64,000 bases of DNA. It comes from Mobula hypostoma. Its lineage: Eukaryota. Shown here one piece after another: positions 1 to 10,420 of this stretch. Under the pieces are notes generated by a model that saw nothing but the letters and a program-made list of their open reading frames with translations, ran no database searches and had not been told where the DNA came from. Numbering within the stretch: position 1 is the stretch's first letter; each line of letters starts with the position of its first letter. A program made the position numbers and the translations under genes. Location: NCBI RefSeq assembly GCF_963921235.1, contig NC_086097.1, positions 255,132,001-255,196,000 of the forward strand, given 5' to 3'.

Positions 1-790
1 TGCCTGCTACCTTTTGCCTATTCTCGCTGTCAAGTTCTACCACTAGAGCAAGACCGGAACATTGCTGCGTCTAAATAAGGAACTGTCTTTCGTTGTTTGG
101 AACTGTCTCCTTGTGTTCTCGCCTTCCCTAGGTAGGACCGGCCGTTTGCCGCTACCTTGAGTTGGAACTGTCTCGTTGTGTTCAGCATTCTTCCTTGTTC
201 CCAAGGAGGGGTCCCGGCTCTGTGTTCTGTGTATGAATCCCGGCCCTACATCCTGTTCCCAAGGAGGGGTCCCGGATCTGTGTTCCATGTTCCTGTCTCC
301 CAAGACCAAGGCTCCGAGTTCTGCGTTCCTGTCTCCCAAGACTAAGGCTCCGAGTTCTGCATTCCTGTGTCCCAAGACCAAGATTCCGTGTTCTGCGTTC
401 CTGTCTCCCAAGTTCAAGGCTGAGCTTTGTGTCCTCATCCAGTTCTGGTCCCGCGTCCTGCCGCCACATCCAGTCCTGTTGCCTTGTCACGTCTTGTCCT
501 CGCCTAGATCCAGAGTTCGAGCCAGAGTCAAGACCCAGTTTCCACGTCCCTGTCCAGTCTCTGGCTCGGAGTCCTTGTCGAGGTTCCGAGTTCCTAGTTC
601 CTCGTCCAGATCCCGCTTTCCTGGTCTAGTTTTAGCCCAGGCTCTGCATCCTAGTCTCTTCCAGGGCCTGTGTCTTGTCCAGCGTCGTTTCTTGCCCACT
701 TACCTTGCATTCTTGACAGACTTAGTCCTGTTCCTAGTACTGTGTCTGTGTCTTGGACTTGGTTCCACCATCAACGCCCACCTTATGACA
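1..790. mobile_element. LTR-like repeat (family 1), cut by the window start
   Basis: Similar to copies at 19526-20650 and 54921-55993; ends in ...CTTATGACA; no coding domain. Confidence 0.7.
289..420 (+). repeat. ~4 copies of a 36-bp tandem repeat inside the LTR
   Basis: Unit GTTCCTGTCTCCCAAGACCAAGGCTCCGAGTTCTGC; appears as 12-aa repeats in ORFs 43..438 and 176..922. Confidence 0.85.
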
Positions 791-1840
791 GGTAAGAGAA
801 GGTCAGTTCAGATGCACAGGTTAATTAATGCGAGATGTTTCCAATCCAAAGGCGGATGTTCTGAGAAGGTAATTATGTTGATATTCCACAGATTCCACGA
901 CAGCAATACAAAATATCTATAGTAGTAGGTTTTGTCTCCGAAGTTGTTCCACTCCACAAATGAAATATCACCGACAGTGATCTTCGACAAATATCCTTAC
1001 AACACAAGTGGTACCACACCCGAATTCAGCAACGGGACATCTCAAAGTGGTGGCCTCAGGATACTCCAACAGAATCCACGTATGGATTATCACCAACAGT
1101 ATCTTATCACAAAGGGGACCCTCTTCGAGGGAAGAACCACCCAGGCAAGGGTCGACACACCGATAGATGCAACACGGTTACCCCAAACACACAACGTGAT
1201 AGCCACTTATCCAGTTCCACGACATACAAAATAACTCCAACAGTGATTTGCCACAGGGGTGCCTTTCTTCAGTGAACTACCACACCCAGACAAAGGGTAA
1301 ACACACATGTGGTATTCACAAAGGTTTTCCCCTCACCAGAGAACCTACTCCTGTGGATTAACTAAGTGAAAATCACACTTTCATAGTCGAATGGAAACAT
1401 ACTCACTCTCACTGGCTACTTAGAAAGAGAGTCCAAACAGTGATCTCTTTCTCACTAGGTTTCTTCTGTTTCAAACCTATCTCTCCTCTTTTCTCTTCCT
1501 GCAAACTTGTTCTAGTTGCAGAAAACTGGTGAGAGTCATTTATCAATACTCAGGATCGATCTCAGGTCACCCATTTTGGGTTACTGAAAGTTTAAAGCAG
1601 CCACCGACTCACTGGTATCTTCCATTGACCGAGTCCATCTTGACTCTAACTGTGCGTGTCCGTATGTCCTTGTATATTCAAAACAAGTTGCAGAGAAACC
1701 ATAACATCGATTGTCCATCAAATAGCTCCACCTCTCTCTCTCTCTAGAGCAGCTCAAACAGTGCCCAAAAGTCCGTCACATTCTCCCGACGTTTTAAAGT
1801 GATAGTCCACAGAAAATATGAACCCTAGGGGTACATAACA
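791..1840 (-). mobile_element. Probable second LTR (family 2), partial
   Basis: Ends GGGGTACATAACA (TGTTATGTACCCC on minus strand) at 1840, where the tRNA unit sequence abruptly begins; contains short internal direct repeats. Confidence 0.55.
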
Positions 1841-1942
1841 CTTGGGAGTGAGTGATAAATCGGGTAATCGGTAAGAACCCAGAAGCAGGGTGAAAGATGG
1901 CAGCTGGCAAGTAGTGCATAAGAATGGGGCAAAGGATCCCAG

Positions 1943-2015
1943 CGAGCCAGGTAGGAGTCGAACCTACAATCTTCTGATCCGTAGTCAGACGCGTTCTCCA
2001 TTGCGCCACTGGCCC
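1943..2015 (-). tRNA. tRNA-Arg (ACG), intact
   Basis: Minus strand GGGCCAGTGGCGCAATGGAGAACGCGTCTGACTACGGATCAGAAGATTGTAGGTTCGACTCCTACCTGGCTCG, 73 nt. All stems pair; A and B boxes intact; matches vertebrate Arg-ACG. Confidence 0.93.
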
Positions 2016-2134
2016 ACACAGTGTAGAACTCTGGACAGCTTCAAATGGCAGTGTGCCGCAGGCGATAGACAGAGATCTGTAACTGCTTGCCCCGAATATT
2101 GATGGCAACCGCCGATGTAGATTGCAGTCGGCTT

Positions 2135-2219
2135 CCCTACAAAGTTCACTTTGTAGAGTGAAGGACTATGTCAGAAATGTGTCGTTCTTCGGTCGCTGCT
2201 TCAATTCGGGCTCCAAAGA
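2135..2219 (+). pseudogene. Degenerate intron-type tRNA-Tyr pseudogene (unit A)
   Basis: Aligns to the better-preserved Tyr copies at 28396 and 47592 (GTAGAG.GAAGGACT...GGTCGCTGCTTCAATTC); anticodon and stems broken. Confidence 0.7.
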
Positions 2220-2585
2220 TCGGCTGCTCTTTCATTAGGCAGATCATCAATCGTGTATCAGTGGGCTTCTCGGCGGCATGGGACTACACTCATTACTGCT
2301 CCGACATGTGACCAGATGGATTTCAAAACAATCAAATCACAAAACACGCAAGGATAGCTTATCAAAAGCTCGCATTCCAGAGCGGTACGGCGTCACACAC
2401 GCGGCCCCAGCAGTACCAGCACTCGCACACTTGATTGGTCTCCAAGGGAAGGGAAGATAGAACTCGCGCCTTCACAGCAGCTGTGCAACAATACAGCTTG
2501 CCGGAAAGGCACCGAGATAACTTTCTGCAAGTTTGTGTTGGGAGCCCTGAGCAGTCAATCTCGGTTCAGAGGTTCCAAATCCACA

Positions 2586-2599
2586 CCAGCAGGTGGCGC
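2586..2599 (+). promoter_or_regulatory. CTCF-like core motif
   Basis: CCAGCAGGTGGCGC matches the CCASYAGRKGGCRS consensus; recurs at the same position in other units. Confidence 0.6.
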
Positions 2600-2829
2600 C
2601 ATGATCTGAAGTTTCGGCACACAGTTGTAACCCAGCTTTAGAAGCAAATCCATCTTCTCACAGTGCCTGGGGTCTTCTTCCACTTGTGTAGCTCAGCTAA
2701 GGTGCTATTTGCTGCTCATCTGTGAGCTAGCACAGGCCTGGAAAGCAATCTTCATTTTTCCGCGTGAGAGGGCTGTTCGGGATCTGAAATCGAAGAGGTA
2801 GATGTGCATTCAGTATTCCAGCGAACGTA

Positions 2830-3300
2830 AATATGGCTCGCCCCGGAAAGGAGCACTTGGTAAGTAGGTTTGCAGTATTGTCAGTGTCTTTTCCTGCTTT
2901 GATGGACCTGGACAATGTCAGGCCCTCCAGTGATGGTGGACTGCAGGCAGTCACCGTTTTCTTTACTGAGCTGCCAGTTGGCTGTAATTATCGTATATTG
3001 CCAGCCGACGTTGCACCGAGCAAGACAGTAATGTCTGCTGTGAGAATGCTTTCTGTGCCAGCAGTATGGAATTACACCGGTATGTTCCGGTGAAGATGGA
3101 AGTTATCCATCTGCAACAACAAGTGTATCCGATGGCGATTGGTTTTGAAAAATGAAGGAGTTCTGGTTCTTCCACATCAGGTCCTGTTCGGATCGTAAGG
3201 ATACCCAAAACTGAATGTAGAAACGGTGCTAACTGTAGAGTTGTTGAGAACATTTGAGTGGAAGGGGACATTTCTATTGATCTGAATATGCATCTCCGGG
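2830..3300 (-). mobile_element. Ancient L2/Rex-type LINE 3' fossil embedded in the tRNA repeat unit
   Basis: The homologous segment in unit H translates as FYTAIIESILTS...WFG...PPSLEDLY (ORF 48259..48534), typical of the post-RT region of L2/Rex LINEs; present in most units. Confidence 0.65.
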
Positions 3301-3885
3301 GATATTGATCGTTTGGATGTTAAAGGAACCCAATCATCTGATTTTAAGTTTCCGTATAAATTTCCAAAACAAATTTAAACCTGGTTCGGAATCGCAACAT
3401 TCAACCCGGGATCCCAGCACCAGCTCCTATAGCAATACATTGTCCAAAACACAACAAGGATAACTTTCCTCAGCCTGTTGTGTGAATTCCAGTTTCCGCA
3501 GTTTCAAATCCAAACCAGTAGAGATCTCCAAACTATGTGCACTCTTAGATGTTAGACGTCTGAGAGTTTCTGATGTTTTCGTTTCTTCTCGTACGTTGGG
3601 CTGTCTTTGCAGGCATGAAATGGTGCTGGAGATGTAGAGCGAAGAGAAGGATGTGAGGCAACTTGTCAAGTGTTTCCGTCGCTTGGTATGCAGGAGGAAG
3701 TGATATATGGCCGCAGACTCCGTTGTTGTTTTGAATGCAGAAGCACGTCTGTCATTAAATTGCTGTGTCGCCAGTCTGTGTCGGAAGGGTGAGAGAGAAG
3801 GGGAAGAAAAGTTGTCATTTACCGCAAAGGTGAAAATGTCGTGTCAAGCCGGTTTGTTTGAATGGCGTGTAGAGTAAAAGACTAC

Positions 3886-4138
3886 TGGATAACTTCCATC
3901 TTCACCGGAACTTACCGATGTAATTCTATACTGCTGGCATAGAGAGCATCCTCACAGCAGACATTACTGTCTTGCTCGGTGCAACGTCGGCTGGCAATAT
4001 ACGATAATTACAGCGAACTGGCAGCTCAGTAAAGAAAAATTTGACTGCCTGCAGCCCACCATCACTGGAGGGCCAGACATTGTCCATGTCCATCTAAGCA
4101 GGAAAAGACACTGACAATACTGCAAACCTGTTTACCAA
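3886..4138. repeat. Inverted copy of 2857-3109
   Basis: Approximate reverse complement of 253 bp of unit A; absent at the equivalent position in other units. Confidence 0.9.
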
Positions 4139-4254
4139 ACGGTGGGCTACAGCTTGGGAGTGAGTGATAAATCAGGTAAGCGGTAAGAACCAGGAAGCAG
4201 GGTGAAAGAAGGCAGCCGGCAAGGAGTGCATAATAATCGGGCAAAGGATCCCAG

Positions 4255-4327
4255 CGAGCCAGGTAGTAGTCGAACCTACAATCTTCTGATCCGTAGTCAG
4301 ACACGTTGTCCATTGCGCCACTGGCTC
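4255..4327 (-). pseudogene. tRNA-Arg (ACG), probably impaired
   Basis: 73-nt copy with C61>A (breaks G53-C61 and the B box) and a D-stem substitution. Confidence 0.75.
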
Positions 4328-4452
4328 ACACAGTGTAGAACTCTGGACAGAGTTCAAATGGCAGTGTGCTGCAGGAGATAGACAATGATCTGTAACTGCT
4401 TGCCCTGAACATTGATGGCAACCGCCGATGTGCAGTAGATTGCAGTCGGCTT

Positions 4453-4537
4453 CCCAGCAAAGTTCAGTTTGTAGAGTGAAGGACTGTGTCAGAAATGTGT
4501 TGTCATTCGGTCGCTGCTTCAATTCGGGCTCCAACGA
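4453..4537 (+). pseudogene. Degenerate tRNA-Tyr pseudogene (unit B)
   Basis: Homologous to 2135-2219. Confidence 0.7.
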
Positions 4538-6050
4538 TCGGCTCCTCTTTCATTAGGCAGATCATCAATCGTGTATCACTGGGCTTCTCGGCGGCATGGG
4601 ACTACATTCATTACTGTTCCGTCATGTGACCAGATGGAGTACAAAACAATCAAATCACAAAACACCCAAGCATAGCTTATCAGAAGCTCGCATTCCAGAC
4701 CGCCTCGAAGGGAAGGGAAGGGAAGATAGAACTCGCGCCTTCACAGCCACTGTGCAACAATACAGCTTGCCGGGAAGGCACCGAGATAACTTTCTGCAAG
4801 TCTGTGTTCGCTGCCCTGAGCAGTCAGTCTCGGTTCAGTGGTTCCAAATCCACACCAGCAGGTGGTGCCATGATCTGAAGTTTCGGCGCACAGTTGTAAC
4901 CCAGCTCCAGAAGCAAAGCCATCTTCTCACAGTGCCTGAGGTCTTCTTCCACTTGTGTAGCTCAGCCAAAGTGCTATTTGCTGCTCATCTGTGAACTAGC
5001 GCAGGCCTGGAATTCAATCTTCATCTTTCCGCATGAGAGTGCTGTTTGGGCTCTGAAATCGAAGATTTGTAGATGTTGCATTCTGTATTCCAGCGAACGT
5101 AAATGTGGTTCTCCCCGAGAACGAGCACTTGATAAGTAGGTTTGCAGTATTGTCAGTGTCTTTTCCTGCTTTGATGGACGTGGACACTGTCAGGCCCTCC
5201 AGTGATGCTAAACTGCGGGCAGTCACTTTTTTCTTTACTGAGCTGCCAGTTCGCTCTAATTATCGTATATAGCCAGCCGACGTTGCACCGAGCAAGAGAG
5301 TAAAGTCTGCTCTCTGTGCTAGCTGTGTAAAATTACACCGGTCTGTTCCGGTGAAGATGGAAGATTTCCGTCTGCAACAACAAGTATATCCGAAGGCGAT
5401 CACTTGTGTTAATGAAGGAGTTCTGGTTCTTCCACATCAGGTCCTGGTCGGATCGTAAGGATACGCAAAACTGAATGTAGAAATGTTGCTAACTGTAGAG
5501 TTGTTCTCTATGTCTGGGTGGAGAGGGGACATTTCTACTGAGCTGAATATGCATCTTCAGGGACATTGGTCGTTTGCACGTTAACGGTGTTTTGAATCAG
5601 CAGCAATTGAGATGAATATGAGTCGAGCTTTTATAAAATGAACAACGATATTTATTAACCTCTACTCAAATAAAAAAAATGGAGCAGTAAACGAACGATT
5701 AACTTAAACGGATGTTAACAGCGTTATGCTTCTATAGTTATCAAACGGTCGAACGAAACGACGATTCTCAACAGATCCCATTTAAGCACATTCTTCAGGT
5801 GGTAGTTTAATAAGTCCATATGATTTCGTAAATAACTGAGAGAAGAGAATTCCCGAACCTTGCGATATAGTAAAGTCGAAACTGTTGACGCTGGTTCCAG
5901 CCGAGAAATACCTTTTCCGAAGTTATGACGGAGAATACGAATTCTCAAAGTTCCTGACCTTTCTGTCGGAAGTGGTCATAACACAATATCCAAACCGTGT
6001 AAGGGTTAACAAGACGTGCGTGCCACGTACGGACGGTTCCAAATGTCAGT

Positions 6051-8340
6051 GAAATCATCGGACAAAGTCAGCATGGATTAGCGGTGATGTCATCGGACAA
6101 AGTTAGCATGGATTTGTCAAAGGAAAATCATGTCTGACGAATCTCATAGAATTTTTTGAGGATGTAACCAGTAGAGTGGATAGGGGAGACCCAGCGGATG
6201 TGGCATATTTGGATTTTCAAAAGTTTTTTGGCAAGGTCCCACACAGGAGATTAGTGTGCAAACTTAAAGCACACGGTATTGGGGATAAGGTATTAGTCAT
6301 AGTAATACTTTATTAATCCCGGGGGAAACTGGTTTTCGATACAGTTGCACCAAAAATAATAAATAGTAATAGAACCATAAATAGTTAAATAGCAATATGT
6401 AAATTATGCCAGTAAATTATGAAATAAGTCCAGGACCAGCCTATTGGCTCAGGATGTCTGATCCTCCAAGGGAGGAGTTGTAAAGTTTGATGGCCACAGG
6501 CAGGAATGACTTCCTATGACGCTCTGTGCTGCATCTCGGAGGAATGAGTCTCTGGCTGAATGTACTCCTGTGCCCACCCAGTACATTATGTAATGGATGG
6601 GAGATATTGACCAAGATGGCATGCAACTTAGACAGCATCCTCTTTTCAGATACCACCGTGAGAGAGTCCAATTCCATCCCTACAACATCACTGGCCTTAC
6701 GAATGAGTTTGTTGATTCTGTTGGTGTCTGCTACCCTCAGCCTGCTGCCCCAGCACACAACAGCAAACATGATAGCACTGGCCAGCACAGACTCGTAGAA
6801 CATCCTCAGCATTGTCCGGCAGATGTTAAAGGACCTCAGTCTCCTCAGGAAATAGAGACGGCTCTGACCCTTCTTGTAGACAGCCTCAATGTTCTTAGGC
6901 CAGTCCAGTTTATTGTCAATTCGTATCCCCAGGTATTTGTAATCCTCCACCATGTCCACACTGACCCCCTGGATGGAAACAGGGGTCACCGGTACCTTAG
7001 TTCTCTTCAGGTCTACCACCAGCTCCTTAGGCTTTTTCACATTAAGCTGCAGATAATTCTGCTAACACCATGTGACAAAGTTTCCTACCGTAGCCCTGTA
7101 CTCAACCTCATCTCCCTTGCTGATGCATCCAACCACGGCAGAGTCATCCGAAAACTTCTGAAGATGACAAGACTCTGTGCAGTAGTTGAAGTCCGAGGTG
7201 TAAATGGTGAAGAGAAAGGGAGCCTTTTTGATGTGGATAGAGAATTGGTTGGCAGACAGGAAGCAAAGAGTTGGAATAAACGGACCTTTTCAGAATGGCA
7301 GGAAGCGACTAGTGGGGTACTGCAAGGCTCAGTGCTCGGACCCCAGTTGTTTACAATATATATTAATGACTTAGATGAGGGAATTAAATGCAGCTTCTCC
7401 AAGTTTGCGGATGACACGAAGCTGGGTGGCAGTGTTAGCTGTGAGGAGGATGCTAAAAGGATGCAGAGTGACTTGGATCAGTTAGATGAATGGGCAAATT
7501 CATGGCAGATGCAATTTAATGTGGATAAATGTGAGGTTATCCACTTTGGTGGCAAAAACAGGAAAACAGATTATTATCTGAATGGTGACCGATTAGGAAA
7601 AGGGGAGGTGCAAAGAGACCTGGGTGTCATTATACATCAGTCATTGAAAGTTGGAATGCAGGTACAGCAGAAAGTGAAAAAGGCGAATGGTATGCTGGCA
7701 TTCATAGTAAGAGGATTCGAGTACAGGAGCAGGGAGGTACTACTGCCGTTGTACAAGGCCTTATTGAGACCACACCCGGAGTATTGTGTGCAGTTTTGGT
7801 CCCCTATTCTGAGGAAAGACATTCTTGCCATAGAGGGAGTACAAAGAAGGTTCACCAGATTGATTCCTGGGATGGCAGGACTTTCATATGATGAAAGACT
7901 GGATGGACTAGGCTTATACTCGTTGGAATTTAGAAGATTGAGGGGGGATCTTACTGAAACATATAAAATTCTAAAGGGGTTGGACAGTCTAGATGCAGGA
8001 AGATTGTTCCCGATGTTGGGGAAGTCCAGAACGAGGGATCACAGTTTGAGGATAAAGGGGAAGCCTTTTAGGACCGAGATTAGGAAAAACTTCTTCACAC
8101 AGAGAGTGGTGAATCTGTGGAATTCTCTGCCACAGGAAACAGTTGAGGCCAGTTCATTGTCTATATTTAAGAGGGAGTTAGATATGGCCCTTGTGGCTAA
8201 AGGGATCAGGGGGTTAGAGGGAAGGCTGGTACAGGGTTCTGAATTGGATGATCAGCATGATCATACTGAATGGCGGTGCAGGCTCGAAGGGCCGAATGGC
8301 CTACTCCTGCACCTACTTTCTATGTTTCTATGTTTCTATG
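6051..8340 (+). mobile_element. 5'-truncated CR1 LINE (RT plus 3' UTR)
   Basis: GVLQGSVLGPQLF, FADDTKL and RPHPEYCVQFW motifs; (TTTCTATG)n tail; TSD ATGTCAGT at 6043-6050 and 8338-8345. Confidence 0.95.
6295..7227 (-). mobile_element. 5'-truncated Rex1/Babar-type LINE nested in the CR1
   Basis: Minus strand HLQKFSDDSAVVGCI and ORF 6441..7040 (YKYLG..IDNKLDW, KKGQSRLYFLRRLRSF); CR1 sequence resumes on both sides. Confidence 0.88.
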
Positions 8341-9292
8341 TCAGTCACACCCGCAATGCGCCGAATGCCGCTGGTTAATCCCAATCCCTCTGGGGCTCAT
8401 TCCGATTCTTCACTCTCACTTTCTCCTTTTCTCCCATGGCCTGACTGCCAACAGTGAGGTCCCAGCAAAACGAACTACACAACGACTGCGGTCTCCCCTT
8501 ATATGCGAGTTAGAACATGCCATCACGTGAATTCACATTACCGCACTATCACAAGACAATTACGTCATTCTAATGGCGCAAGAGCATTACATCATATTCC
8601 CGAGATACTCATGGGATATGTAACAATGGAAACCAATCATTTCATTGTAGGTTTCCATATAAATGTGCAAAACAAATTTAAACCTGGATAGGTATCGCAA
8701 CATTCAACCCAGGATCTCAAAACCAGCTCCTATAGCAGTACTTTGTCCAAAACACCACAAGGATAACTTTCTTCAGCCTGTTGAATCAATTCCAGTTTCC
8801 GCAGTTTGAAATCCAAACCTGTGGAGTGCTCCAAACTGTGTGCAGTCATAGATGTTAGACATCTAAGAGTTTCTGATGTTTTCGTTTCTTCTCGTATGTT
8901 GGGCTGTCTTTACAGGCATGCAATGGTGCTGGAGGTGCAGAGGGTTCCCGTCGCTTGGCATGCAGGAGGTAGTGATATTATGGTCGCAGACTCCGTTGAT
9001 GTTTTGGATGCAGAGGCACACCTGTCATTAAATTGTTCTGTCGCCTGTTGGTGCAGGAAGGATGAGAGAGAAAGGGAGGAAAAGGTGTCATTTACTGCCA
9101 AGGTGAAAATGGCGTGTCAAGCCAGCTTGTTTGAATGGAGTGTAATAAAAGACTAGTGGCAAATGGTGCTGAACTGAACGGTGGCTACAGCTTGGGAGTG
9201 AGTGATAAATCAGGTAAGGTGTAAGAACCGGGAAGCAGGGTGAAAGAAGGCAGCTGGCAAGGAGTGCATAAGAATCGGGCAAAGGATCCCAG

Positions 9293-9365
9293 CGAGCCAG
9301 GTAGGAGTCGAACCTACAATCTTCTGATCCGTAGTCAGACGCGTTCTCCATTGCGCCACTGGCCC
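9293..9365 (-). tRNA. tRNA-Arg (ACG), intact
   Basis: Identical 73-nt sequence to 1943-2015. Confidence 0.93.
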
Positions 9366-9489
9366 ACATAGTCCAGAACTCTGGACAGCTTCAAACGGCA
9401 CTGTTCTGCAGGAGATAGACATAGTTTTGTACCTGCTTGCGCTGAATATTGATGGCAAACGCCCATGTGCGGTAGATTGCAGTCGGCTT

Positions 9490-9574
9490 CCCTACAAAGT
9501 TCAGTTTGCAGACTGAAGGACTGTTTCAGAAATGAGTCGTCATTCGGTCGCTGCTTCAATTCGGGCTCTAACGG
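9490..9574 (+). pseudogene. Degenerate tRNA-Tyr pseudogene (unit C)
   Basis: Homologous to 2135-2219. Confidence 0.68.
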
Positions 9575-9580
9575 TCGGCC

Positions 9581-10420
9581 ACACACATCAAAGTTGCTGG
9601 TGAACGCAGCAGGCCAGGCAGCATCTCTAGGAAGAGGTACAGTCGACGTTTCGGGCCAAGACCCTTCGTCAGGACTAACTGAAAGAAGAGCTAGTAAGAG
9701 ATTTGAAAGTGAGAGGGGGAGGGGGAGATCCGAAATGATAGGAGAAGACAGGAGGGGGAGGGATGGAGCCAAGAGCTGGACAGGTGATTGGCAAAAGGGA
9801 TATGAGAGGATCATGGGACAGGAGGCCCAGGGAGACGGAAAAGGGGAGGGGGGAAGCCCAGAGGATGGGAACGGGGTATAGTGAGAGGGACAGAGGGAGA
9901 AAAGGGAGAGAGAGATAAAGAATGTGTGCATATAAATAAATAAATAAATACCGGGTGGGGTACGAGGGGGAGGTGGGGCATTATCGGAAGTTTGAGAAGT
10001 CAGTGTTCATGCCATCAGGTTGGAGGCTACCACGGCGGAATATAAGGTGCTGTTGCTCCAACCTGAGTGTGGCTTCATCTTTACAGCAGAGGAGGCCGTG
10101 GATAGACATATCAGAATGGGAATGGGACGTGGAATTAAAATGTGTGGCCACTGGGAGATCCTGCTTTCTCTAGCAGACAGAGCATAGGTGTTCAGCGAAA
10201 CGATCTCCCAGTCTCCATCGGGTCTCGCCAATATATATAGAAGGCCACATCGGGAGCACCGGACGCAGTATATCACCCCAGCCGACTCACCTGGAAGGAC
10301 TGCCTGGGACCCTGAATGGTGGTAAGGGAGGAAGTGCAAGGGCATTTGTAGCAATTGTTCCGCTTACAAAGATAAGTGCCAGGAGGGAAATCGGTGGGGA
10401 GGGATGGGGGGGCCGAATGG
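9581..10420 (-). mobile_element. Penelope-like retroelement fragment (GIY-YIG endonuclease plus pseudo-LTR)
   Basis: ORF 10007..10354 GVIYCVRCSRCGLLYI, frameshifted; closely similar to 40430-41090; hammerhead motif in the 3' region. Confidence 0.88.
9641..9676 (-). ncRNA. Minimal type I hammerhead ribozyme motif
   Basis: Minus strand AGTC-CTGACGA-A-GGGTCTTGGCCC-GAAA-CGTC-GACT: core boxes, stem I AGTC/GACT, stem II GGG/CCC, palindromic ACGT stem III and a GUC triplet. Confidence 0.75.

Larger units (their letters stand above)
5588..8625 (-). mobile_element. Solo LTR (family 3, ~740 bp) interrupted by a CR1/Rex insertion
   Basis: TGT...ACA termini; 4-bp TSD ACGG/ATGG relative to the empty site TTAACGGAAACC in unit C; same element uninterrupted at 13118-13858. 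Confidence 0.8.

Noticed and set aside
289..420. 36-bp repeats resembling a CRISPR array
   Set aside because: Head-to-tail with no unique spacers, inside a eukaryotic LTR, no cas genes.
176..922. 248-aa ORF and similar ORFs in family 1 LTRs
   Set aside because: Low-complexity, stop-poor repeat sequence; frames not conserved between copies.
2036..2054. Second CTCF-like motif upstream of Arg (CAGCTTCAAATGGCAG)
   Set aside because: Poor match to consensus and variable between units.
1794..2108. Recurrent ORFs containing GPVAQWRTRLTTDQKIVGS
   Set aside because: These are translations of the tRNA-Arg gene and its flanks.
6597..8378. 593-aa ORF as a novel fusion protein
   Set aside because: The N-terminal part is the antisense frame of the Rex insertion, by chance in frame with the CR1 RT C-terminus.
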